From NCBI GenBank assembly GCA_019358935.1, contig JAHHIK010000094.1:1-32458 (forward strand): a stretch of DNA of 32,458 bases. The letters run 5' to 3'. The stretch comes from Tolypothrix carrinoi HA7290-LM1. GTDB lineage: Bacteria > Cyanobacteriota > Cyanobacteriia > Cyanobacteriales > Nostocaceae. Made by a program: the position numbers and the translations under genes. How positions within the stretch are numbered: the first letter of the stretch is position 1; the number at the start of each line of letters is the position of its first letter. Positions 1 through 8,072 of this stretch are shown here, piece by piece. Below the pieces are notes generated by a model. It searched no databases, was not told the DNA's origin, and was given only the letters and a program-made list of their open reading frames with translations.

Positions 1-53
1 CTTACTTTCCAATTATCTAATCGAGCAACTAAAACGTCCGGACATTGTTATGT

Positions 54-248
54 CTATAGTTTAGTTTTTAGGCGCTCGGCGCGGCGCAGCCGCGCCATTG
101 CTTGTGCCAGTTGCGTAAGTCCTGTTTCTATTTCTTGGTCAATTTTAGTTAGAAAGTATTCAACTAATTCGCGTGGATCTATACTGCCACTATTAATACC
201 GCATCCGATTTTTTCCAGAGTGTAACTTTCCCAAACTTGCTCAATCAT
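54..248 (-). pseudogene. Short remnant resembling the N-terminus of an amidase-signature (GatA-like) protein
   Basis: LEKIGCGINSGSIDPRELVEYFLTKID resembles the amidase N-terminal helix pair; only 64 aa and no catalytic motifs. Confidence 0.3.
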
Positions 249-308
249 CTTAGTTCTTCGTTAATCAGATTAATTCCTAATAAGTGTCAGTAGGGCTAGA
301 GAGCCAAA

Positions 309-854
309 TTAGACAACTATCTCAACTTTTTGACTAATGTAATTAATGACCTGTTGTACTGTCAAAAGTGTTTTAGCGGTTTGAGGTGAAATTTCAATTT
401 TGAAGGCTTCTTCAAAGGCCATAATTAGTTCTAGTGTATCTAAAGAATCTACTCCCAAGTCATTGGCAAAATTTGCTATAGGGATGACTTTGTCTGGCTT
501 GATTCCTAACTTCTCTACAATGATTGCTTGTACTTTTTCAAAAATACCCAGCTTCTTTAACTGGTCAGATTGAATCGCTATTTTAATTTCTTCCGTCAGT
601 TTAGCTATTTCCTTCAATATTATTACAATACGTTGGTAGCGTTCACTATCCTCATTGTTTAAGTTAGAACCACTACGGGATTTGAGCCAGTGGTTACAAA
701 TTTGATAACTATCAATATGGAAGTTCCAAACCTCCGGCGATATATCCTTAAAGTATTGAATTTTATCGCTCCAACTGCCTATAATGGGCTTGTTGATGTT
801 TTCTGGAAGATACTTTTCCATAGGGTTGTTAGGGTCACTTTGTAAAGTGTTCAC
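309..854 (-). CDS. Acyl carrier protein fused to an N-terminal segment resembling the Type ISP restriction-modification C-terminal domain
   Basis: C-terminal AcpP-like domain with LGVDSLDTLELIMAFEEAFKIEI (phosphopantetheine Ser); N-terminal QYFKDISPEVWNFHIDSYQICNHWLKSR resembles Type ISP enzyme C-termini. Confidence 0.7.
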   Translation of the reverse strand: MNTLQSDPNNPMEKYLPENINKPIIGSWSDKIQYFKDISPEVWNFHIDSYQICNHWLKSRSGSNLNNEDSERYQRIVIILKEIAKLTEEIKIAIQSDQLKKLGIFEKVQAIIVEKLGIKPDKVIPIANFANDLGVDSLDTLELIMAFEEAFKIEISPQTAKTLLTVQQVINYISQKVEIVV

Positions 855-909
855 AAGCTAGGATCAGCACTATCAAGTTAATTCTCAAACCAAGGTTTAT
901 AGTTAAGGC

Positions 910-1036
910 TTAAGTCTCGTTTCCCTGTGTTCCGCTTTGTTTCCACCAAAGCCGATAATACAGACCCCGAAGATTGAGTAACTCTTCATGAGTACCTTGT
1001 TCAATCAGTTTTCCTCCTTCAAGTACGAAGATGCAG
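910..1036 (-). pseudogene. C-terminal remnant of an ABC exporter ATPase (MsbA/HlyB-like)
   Basis: Hand translation gives CIFVLEGGKLIEQGTHEELLNLRGLYYRLWWKQSGTQGNET*, the typical end of an exporter NBD. Confidence 0.75.
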
Positions 1037-1039
1037 GCT

Positions 1040-1364
1040 GAAATTTTTCACATTTCTCTAAAGTTGTCAGGTCAATGATCACTTATAGAAACGGTTTCCG
1101 TCCCTTTGGGCGGTGGGACAAAATCTCCTGAATCATACGAGCGCAAGTAGTGCGAATTACACTACGGGTTGACCAATCATAAATATTCAGAAATCGGCTT
1201 AAGGCACTGGCAGACTTACTTTTACAGTGTTCGGGTAAAGGATGCCCTTGTGCCTGTAGGAACAATCCCAACATTGCTTCTAAGTTCTGTTCCTGATATA
1301 TAGAGGGCATCAACGACAGCAGAGTGTAAACTAGCCCTTGGGCGTGGGCAAGAATTGAGACCAT
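1040..1364 (-). mobile_element. IS701-family transposase, truncated N-terminal fragment
   Basis: KSASALSRFLNIYDWSTRSVIR...KPFL*VIIDLTTLEKCEKF; in-frame TAA at 1083-1085, sequence then breaks off. Confidence 0.7.
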
Positions 1365-1605
1365 TTTTCTTGCTTTTCTATATGCTTTTCACGCCCTTTT
1401 TTCTCATATTTCTGCTCATGAATGCAAATCCAGGTACTTTTTCAAATTGGCGATCGCCTGTACCCTGGGAATTTCCGTAATCTCAACATTTATATGGTTA
1501 TATCAATTGCTTTTTACTACTTAAATGCTTTTTCGCTTTTGGTGTCACTTTTTTACGCTCCTATTTCTGTATTAGTGGTTTATCCCGAGAGGTGCAAGAT
1601 ATAAG

Positions 1606-1722
1606 GTAGTGATACTTGAGTAACACGCCGCAGATCGTGACCATCAAAAAGCACTGAACCCTGGTTAGGATCGTAGAACCGCATGAGTAGGTTGAGGACA
1701 CTGTACTCTTGCCAGAGCCACT
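1606..1722 (-). pseudogene. Walker A fragment of an ABC exporter ATPase
   Basis: SGSGKST, a 1-nt frameshift, then VLNLLMRFYDPNQGSVLFDGHDLRRVTQVSL; cut by the IS5 end. Confidence 0.75.
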
Positions 1723-2631
1723 AGGGCGTGTTTTCAAACTCGTTATATTCTAAAAAATAGGCGATCGCAGACAGGTGAGGTTGATGAACCGAGGAGACTT
1801 AAGTAGCGAACAGTGGGAGAGGTTAAAACCGTTACTACCACCACAAAAATCCAGAACCGGAAAACCCAATAAAGACCATCGCACAGTCATCAATGGAATC
1901 CTATGAATACTGAGAACAGGAGCACCGTGGCGAGACTTACCAGAGCGTTATGGTCCGTGGGAGAGTGTGGCAACAAGATTTTATCGATGGCAAAAAGCTG
2001 GAATTTGGAATCGAATCTTAGAGCACCTACAAGCGAGCCTCCTCCGGAGGAGCTTCGCTAACGCAGACGAATATGGTTTCTTCGATTGGCAAGTTCATTA
2101 TGTCGATGGGACAGTTGTACGCGCCCACCAGCACGCTGCGGGTGGAAAAAAGGGGGCGAAGAAGATGAGAAACTAGGTCGTTCTCGTGGTGGTTTCAGTA
2201 CAAAAATACACATACGTTGTGAAGGTAAAGGTAAACCCATAACTTTTATTCTCAGTCCTGGTCAGCGAAACGAGTCAATTTTTCTAGAACAATTAATGGA
2301 ACAAGGTTCCGTTAAGCGTTCTGGGCGTGGTCGTCCACGTTTACGCCCTTTAAGATTAGTTGGGGACAAAGGTTACACAGGTCGGAGAATCCGTAATTAC
2401 CTGCGTCGCCGTGGTATCCGGTTGACGATTCCACGACTTTCCAACGAACCACGTCGAGGCCCTTTCAGCCGTGAAATCTACCGTCAACGCAACATTGTTG
2501 AACGTACTATCAACCGACTTAAGCAATTTCGCCGCATTGCTACCCGATATGAAAAACTTGCTGCAAATTATACAGCCATGATAACGATCGCCTGCATTTT
2601 GTTATGGTTATAGTTTGAAAACACGCCCTAG
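1721..2631 (+). mobile_element. IS5-family insertion sequence (two-ORF, IS427-like)
   Basis: Perfect inverted ends CTAGGGCGTGTTTTCAAACT (1721-1740) and AGTTTGAAAACACGCCCTAG (2612-2631), including the CTAG target; orfA/orfB transposase inside. Confidence 0.92.
1784..2613 (+). pseudogene. IS5 transposase orfA/orfB with -1 frameshift site, inactivated by a nonsense codon
   Basis: MNRGDLSSEQWERLKPLLP...INGIL*ILRTGAPWRDLPERYGPW with TGA at 1904-1906 where Trp is expected; A6G slippery run at about 2146-2152; orfB has GDKGY and YRQRNIVERTINRLKQFRRIATRYEK. Confidence 0.85.
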
Positions 2632-3050
2632 GACCAACAAATGTCTCTCGGGCAAGCTGAGCAAAAGCCTTTAGATGACCAATTTTGAGTAGAAAAGTTC
2701 TGACTGTAGTCAGCTAAACTTGGACGCCTTACTTTAACACCTTCTAATTCAAGAATATGAATAAACTCATCCAATTCTTTTTGTGCTGGCGCAATACCCC
2801 ATTTCTTGGGAATTTTAGTGCCACCTATAAAGAAAAGAAGATTATAAAGCTTTTGGGGAATCCCCCCTAACAAATATTTATGTCTAGGGGGAAGAACAGA
2901 ACCTTCTAGCCTACCGACAACAACTTCCTCTAATAGATCTCATTCATTGTATGAGTTAACCACACAATCGGTTGTTATAATATCGTCACTTTCATTGCCA
3001 TCTTTATTTTTGAAAGTTTCAGCTTTGTTTTCTACTTTGTTTAGTGTCAT
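2628..3050 (-). pseudogene. Second amidinotransferase, 5' part only
   Basis: MTLNKV...CVVNSYNE*DLLEEVVVGRLEG...FIHILELEGVKVRRP...CPRD aligns with the intact paralog (CPVSSYNEWDLLEEVIVG); TGA at 2940-2942 and truncation by IS5. Confidence 0.85.
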
Positions 3051-3102
3051 GGTTCTCTACTTTCCTAGATTTCTCTATTTTATTTTTTCTCGTTCAAAGA
3101 CT

Positions 3103-4527
3103 TTAGGTATTAGATACTAGCTTGACAGCTAAGTTATCATAAATACCAATAACTTTGTTATTGTGTATGATTTCTGAGACGATAATAATACAGGGATCTG
3201 CCGAATCATCAATTTCTTTCACCGTTATCCGAAATTGAACCTTATTTTCTTCCTTCCTTACCTCACCGCGAAATTTAACAGTACTTGTTACATTCTGACT
3301 ATATGTAAATTTAAAGTTCTCAAACCTTGTATGTAAACCTAAATAGTACATATAGAAAAAAAGAACTTGGCTACAGCCCTCTATTAGCATTACCCCAGGC
3401 ATAACAGGATCATTTTTAAAGTGCGCTTCAAAGACCCAATGGTCAGGAGTAATATCTTGTTCACCTATAATTTGCCCTAACCCCCACAGTCCTCCTTTAG
3501 GATCGACGTGTAGAATTCGATTAATCATTAGCAGTTTATTGCTTGCAAGGGCGAAGGGCTTTTTCGTAAGGTACGCATCACCAAAGCAGGTACTAAAATC
3601 ACCTTCTTGCAAAGCTTGAATGTCCGAATCGCTGAACTTGGTTTTAGAACAGGTGAGGGGGGGTGAAAAATGTCGCTTTACAATTGTTTGTTCTTTGGGA
3701 ACAGCAAAGGCTGGTAACCCTCTTGAATTCTTTAGGTCTGCTTCCGAAAAATAACCTGCAGTGCCCTTGCTTCTTATTAAATGCCGATCTTTATGATAGC
3801 AGTTATATTCGGATTGAAGGAGGAAATTATTGTTAGTTTTTATCAGCTGACGGATAAATACTTCTCCGCGTATCGTCTCTCCTGGCGGAGGAAACTCATC
3901 TAGAATCTCAATCTGACTATCTAAAGCTCGACAGCGTAGTTTCCCTTCAAACATCATGTCACAACCTATGTAAGCAAGAGCCAGAAGGATGGCGTGGGAA
4001 GCTTCAAAGGGAATTAATCCAGTTAGCTGATTATGGACTGCATAAAAGCTGTCTGGAGGAATGTCATACTCCCACTCGATCATGCATGGCTCTAACTTAC
4101 CTCGCTCAGCCGTCATCTTGGTCACTCGGCTAACGAACATAAAAGGGGGTAAAGGGGTACGGGTACGTATGGGGTATGAATCCATTTCTTGATAATAATC
4201 ACCCAGTACATTAGAGATTTTGCCCTCCACAATTTCGGTAATTTGTTCTAAATTCCAAACAACGCTTTTTGATTCAATATCTGCAATTATGCTGTCAGTT
4301 TTAATTGGTTGGTATGATATGTCTGGTATAGTTGCAAACACTTTATCTTGTGATATTTCAACAGACGATTGAGGTAAAGTTGTTTCTTCAGCTAGAAGTA
4401 TATCTGTTGTAAAGCTACGTCTGAATTTTTCATAAAATGTGTATTGATTTTGCAAAAATAAATGCTGTAATTTGGCATTTGCCACGATTTGACTTTCCAT
4501 AAAGACTTGTTTTTGGTTGAGCAACAT
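3103..4527 (-). CDS. PfaC-like FabA-type dehydratase (DH) domains; C-terminal half of an interrupted KS-CLF-DH gene
   Basis: PLPPFMFVSRV...WEYDIP and HFKNDPVMPGVMLIEG hot-dog motifs; ATG 4527 has AAGGA 7 nt upstream; the ORF-track start at 4722 lies inside an inserted repeat element. Confidence 0.8.
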   Translation of the reverse strand: MLLNQKQVFMESQIVANAKLQHLFLQNQYTFYEKFRRSFTTDILLAEETTLPQSSVEISQDKVFATIPDISYQPIKTDSIIADIESKSVVWNLEQITEIVEGKISNVLGDYYQEMDSYPIRTRTPLPPFMFVSRVTKMTAERGKLEPCMIEWEYDIPPDSFYAVHNQLTGLIPFEASHAILLALAYIGCDMMFEGKLRCRALDSQIEILDEFPPPGETIRGEVFIRQLIKTNNNFLLQSEYNCYHKDRHLIRSKGTAGYFSEADLKNSRGLPAFAVPKEQTIVKRHFSPPLTCSKTKFSDSDIQALQEGDFSTCFGDAYLTKKPFALASNKLLMINRILHVDPKGGLWGLGQIIGEQDITPDHWVFEAHFKNDPVMPGVMLIEGCSQVLFFYMYYLGLHTRFENFKFTYSQNVTSTVKFRGEVRKEENKVQFRITVKEIDDSADPCIIIVSEIIHNNKVIGIYDNLAVKLVSNT

Positions 4528-4579
4528 GAGTTTATCCTTTGTGCAATGATTATCTGAAAAAGGCTTAACTTGTGTGATA

Positions 4580-4778
4580 TTGAAGAAAGGCAGAGGGCAG
4601 GAGGCAGCTATGCTGAAGGAGCAATCGGATGGGGATTCAAACCCCAACCGATTGAATCCACCGTGTAGACGGTGGGGTTTTATACCCAGTTGGCTCCAGC
4701 CAGAAGGCTGAATCAAAGACATAATTTATACCTTCTGCCCTCTGCCCTCTGCCTTCTGCCTTCCGCCGAAGGCGGATA
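4580..4778. mobile_element. 199-bp MITE-like insertion with inverted STRR-like heptamer ends
   Basis: GGCAGAG/GGCAGGA heptamers at 4589-4607 are inverted relative to CTGCCCT/CTGCCTT heptamers at 4731-4762; internal hairpins at about 4622-4654, 4658-4675 and 4762-4776; GATA at 4576-4579 and 4775-4778 is a possible target duplication. Confidence 0.7.
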
Positions 4779-4785
4779 ATTTGAG

Positions 4786-4867
4786 ATTCTCTATGTTTAA
4801 ATTGCTTAACTGTACCCAAGTAAGGGAAGGTTCATAACGCTACTTATTCTCAATGTTTAAATTGCTT
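4786..4867. repeat. 22-bp direct repeat (21/22 identical) with 60-bp period
   Basis: ATTCTCTATGTTTAAATTGCTT at 4786-4807 and ATTCTCAATGTTTAAATTGCTT at 4846-4867. Confidence 0.9.
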
Positions 4868-7627
4868 GATATTATCTTCGCAAAGGATAATATCTCTCAT
4901 CCTTGTCGTACCATTGAACAAGGTTTTAACCACTCCTTTGCGAGGAACAATGTTAGGTAGCGCTTGACCATTGTTTTGCTGAAGCTCGGAATAATGGCCT
5001 TTACCTAAAATAACATGGGCAAAGGAATAGTCATTACTCATTCCGTTAACAGCAGCAAACCGTTTACGTTTGTTATGCGATGGCTCCCATGATTGAGCAA
5101 ACTGCTGCATGGGTACACTTGGGAGAAAGCGATGATAAAGACAAAGAGAGGTTTTTATGATGCTTGCTATGCCTGACAATACAAAGCTGTTACCGATATT
5201 AGTCTTAACTGAACCGACCTGTTTTTGCTCAAGAGAATAGAGCTTGCTCAACCCCACTATTTCATCACTGTCTTGTACACCAATACCACTTTGAGTTAGC
5301 TCTAGATATCCCACTTCTTCAGGTTTAACTTTGGCTTCTGCTAAGGCAGTTGTAGCTGCTTGATACACACGGTCAGCTTCAACTTCATTTCCATTCCCTT
5401 GGACAATTGCAAGCGATTCAATCGTGGCATAAATCCTGTCTTTAGCTTTTTGTGCGTCTTGTGTTCGCTTAAGCACGATCGCTCCTGCACCTTCACCAAA
5501 GGGAGGAGTATCCTTGTAAAGCTTTTTGCGCCATTCTACGTGTTCCCAAGTCCCTGCCCGATCGATAGCTCCTACTACTACAGCATCTACTTTCCCAATC
5601 TCCAGTAGGAGTCTGGCTACTTCGATTGCTTTGTAGACAGAGTTTTCTTGGCTCGACAGCGTAAAAGCAGGTCCTGTAAAATTCCATAAGGCTGAAATAC
5701 GGCACGCCACTATATTTCCTATCAATCCCGTCATCCCTTCCACAGAAAGACCGGGTGAAATACTATCCTTCAAAATGGATTCCAGTTTACTCACTTGGAT
5801 ATCCGTTAATTTAATGTTTAATTTATCAAGGCTTTCCCGCAAGTACTTGGGCATATTGACCCGGGTAGTGGTGCGGTGAGCGGTGAGATTCATTTCTGTA
5901 GCAATGATGACAGCTGTGTTGCTGAAAAGCTGTTCCTGGGTGAAACCAGCATCACGCAAAGCCACATCAGCCACTTTCATCATGAGTAAATGGTCAAATA
6001 TGAGAGGTCCGGTTTCGTTAGGGGGAACTTTGAAGGCAGCACAATCAAAATCAAATTTTTCCAAGTAGGCTGCTTTTGGTGCGGGTTCAACTAGCGTCTC
6101 CTCAGCCCCAGCCCAACGCGAAGGTGGCAAGGATTCCATCAGTTCCCGACCGTGATAGAGCGCAGAGGCAAAAGCATCAAGTCCAACGACTTCCCCAATG
6201 TGCATATGCATCCCGACAATAGCTAGGGGGCTTGGCTTAGTCTCTCTGGGCTTGATGACAAGTGGAGTCGGCTTAGTGGTTGCGGGGATATATTCTCTCA
6301 GGATCAGATGGGCGTTGATTCCGCCGAAACCAAATGCATTCACCCCAGCCCTTTTGGGTCGGCTTGTCTGCGGCCAGGGAGTATTTTCTTGAATGATATT
6401 TGCAGAACTTATAGTTCGATTTTGGGATACGATAGCATCCTGAATGCCAATGGTAGCTGGGATGATCCCTTCTCTCATTGCCCATATGACCTTGATCATA
6501 CTGGCCATGCCAGAAGCTGTCAGTATGTGACTTATATGGGCTTTATTGGCTCCCAGCATCAGTACTTTATGCTTGTCCGCAAAGAATTCCTCTAAAGAAT
6601 TCAGTTCCGTCCGATCGCCCACACGGGTTCCCGTTGCATGGCATTCTATATAATCTGGTGGTTCGGACTGCTGATAAGCCCGTTCAAGAGCAAGGTATTG
6701 TCCCTTTTTTGACGGACTCAGGATATGTTTCCCTCCTCCATCATTGGATAAGCCGATGTTTTCGATCACAGCATATATGCGATCGCCAGCTTGTTCTGCA
6801 TCCCTGAGCCGCTTTAAAACAAAAATACCTGCTCCCTCTCCTATTTTGATGCCTTCGGATGATTGATCGAAAGGGATACTCTCTCCCTGGTTAGGGAAAG
6901 CATGAAGCACATTAAACCCATGGATAGCAAAAAGGCGTTCAGGAGAGCACACCGCGCCAGCAAGCATCATATCTGCCTGACCAGTTTTCAGGTAATAAGA
7001 AGCTAGTTCCATGACATACAAAGAACTGGCGCAAGCAGAATCAATCGTGTAGTTAATTCCTCCAAGTCCCAAACCGCTACAGACGACACTAGCTGGTAAG
7101 CTAACAGCTATAGCGTTGTCGGGAGAAATATTTAGTTCCGACGTTCCCTCGTCAAAATGGAAATTTTGATGACTTAGGAGTTTTTTGACAAAGTATTCCA
7201 ACGCTTTTAAGTGCATTGATGAAAACAGTTTGCTAGAATACTCTATTGGAAAAGAGAGATTGCCTAAAATTAGACCTGTTTTTTTTAAAATTTCTTGAGC
7301 GTAAAGATAGCCACTATCTCTAAGAGCTTCCTTTGCTGCATAGAGAGACCAGTGAAATATCCTATCTAGGGTGATTAGCTTTTCAGCGGGGAGTTGATAG
7401 CCATTAGGATTAAAGCTAAATCCCCGAATATAACCGTTTTTAGTATAGCTAATCTTGTCTGGCGTTCCCTGCTTTGGATGGTAATACATTGATGGCTCTG
7501 TGCCCAAATCCTCTGCAGTCAGCTTAGAAGTGACATCTAACCCATTTATCAGAATTTTCCAAAAATCTGATGGACTTTTTGCGTTGGGAAACAGACAACC
7601 GATTCCAACAATAGCAATCTTATCCAT
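4850..7627 (-). CDS. PfaC-like ketosynthase plus chain-length factor (KS-CLF)
   Basis: KS motifs DSACASS, ECHATGT and NAFGFGGINAH; the second KS-like domain lacks the catalytic Cys (SSQENS); RBS AAGGAG upstream of ATG 7627 (MDKIAIVGIG). Confidence 0.9.
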   Translation of the reverse strand: MDKIAIVGIGCLFPNAKSPSDFWKILINGLDVTSKLTAEDLGTEPSMYYHPKQGTPDKISYTKNGYIRGFSFNPNGYQLPAEKLITLDRIFHWSLYAAKEALRDSGYLYAQEILKKTGLILGNLSFPIEYSSKLFSSMHLKALEYFVKKLLSHQNFHFDEGTSELNISPDNAIAVSLPASVVCSGLGLGGINYTIDSACASSLYVMELASYYLKTGQADMMLAGAVCSPERLFAIHGFNVLHAFPNQGESIPFDQSSEGIKIGEGAGIFVLKRLRDAEQAGDRIYAVIENIGLSNDGGGKHILSPSKKGQYLALERAYQQSEPPDYIECHATGTRVGDRTELNSLEEFFADKHKVLMLGANKAHISHILTASGMASMIKVIWAMREGIIPATIGIQDAIVSQNRTISSANIIQENTPWPQTSRPKRAGVNAFGFGGINAHLILREYIPATTKPTPLVIKPRETKPSPLAIVGMHMHIGEVVGLDAFASALYHGRELMESLPPSRWAGAEETLVEPAPKAAYLEKFDFDCAAFKVPPNETGPLIFDHLLMMKVADVALRDAGFTQEQLFSNTAVIIATEMNLTAHRTTTRVNMPKYLRESLDKLNIKLTDIQVSKLESILKDSISPGLSVEGMTGLIGNIVACRISALWNFTGPAFTLSSQENSVYKAIEVARLLLEIGKVDAVVVGAIDRAGTWEHVEWRKKLYKDTPPFGEGAGAIVLKRTQDAQKAKDRIYATIESLAIVQGNGNEVEADRVYQAATTALAEAKVKPEEVGYLELTQSGIGVQDSDEIVGLSKLYSLEQKQVGSVKTNIGNSFVLSGIASIIKTSLCLYHRFLPSVPMQQFAQSWEPSHNKRKRFAAVNGMSNDYSFAHVILGKGHYSELQQNNGQALPNIVPRKGVVKTLFNGTTRMRDIILCEDNIKQFKH

Positions 7628-7688
7628 TGAACCTATCACTCCTTGCGAGCAAAACAACATTTCTAACTTTTTACTGACAAAAAACTTG

Positions 7689-7925
7689 TCAAAAATCTGG
7701 TTTTTCAGCTTGCTCTTGCACTATTGTTGCGTTCATGCGACAGATATCTGCGTTCATTATATGATAAAAATTGTCTTCATAACTGTTGATGAATTTCTTT
7801 TGCGATACTTCGTTGTCTTTCTGAGGTTTCAGAAAGAGCGTTACGTCAAACCGTTCTTGTAAGAAGAAAAACAACCTAGCTTCCCACCTGGCAAGGATAC
7901 GTTGTAAGCTTTCCAATTGCAACAT
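7689..7925 (-). CDS. Small hypothetical protein (78 aa)
   Basis: GAGGAGG RBS 6 nt before ATG 7925 (MLQLESLQRILARWEARL...); co-oriented within the operon; no recognised motif. Confidence 0.4.
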   Translation of the reverse strand: MLQLESLQRILARWEARLFFFLQERFDVTLFLKPQKDNEVSQKKFINSYEDNFYHIMNADICRMNATIVQEQAEKPDF

Positions 7926-7943
7926 AAAAAACCTCCTCGAAGT

Positions 7944-8043
7944 CAATAATAGGAAACACCGCCCAATGAAATTTTCTGGAAATATTCAGGGATATTCGCG
8001 CCGATAAACAAACAACCTATTCCAAAATGGCAACTTTATCCAT
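7944..8043 (-). pseudogene. Degenerate duplicate of the KS-CLF gene 5' end
   Basis: AAGGAGcgtaAGGTTCgATGGATAAAGTTGCCATT vs AAGGAGtgatAGGTTCaATGGATAAGATTGCTATT; after a 1-nt gap it reads MDKVAI-GIGCLFIGANIPEYFQKI vs MDKIAIVGIGCLFPNAKSPSDFWKI. Confidence 0.7.
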
Positions 8044-8072
8044 CGAACCTTACGCTCCTTTTTGTAAGTTTT

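Noticed and set aside
4637..4819. 60-aa ORF, and the ORF-track start at 4722 for the DH gene
   Set aside because: Both derive largely from the inserted repeat elements
4786..4867. Mini CRISPR array (22-bp repeat, 38-bp spacer)
   Set aside because: Only two copies, the repeat is coding sequence of the PKS gene, and there are no cas genes or leader
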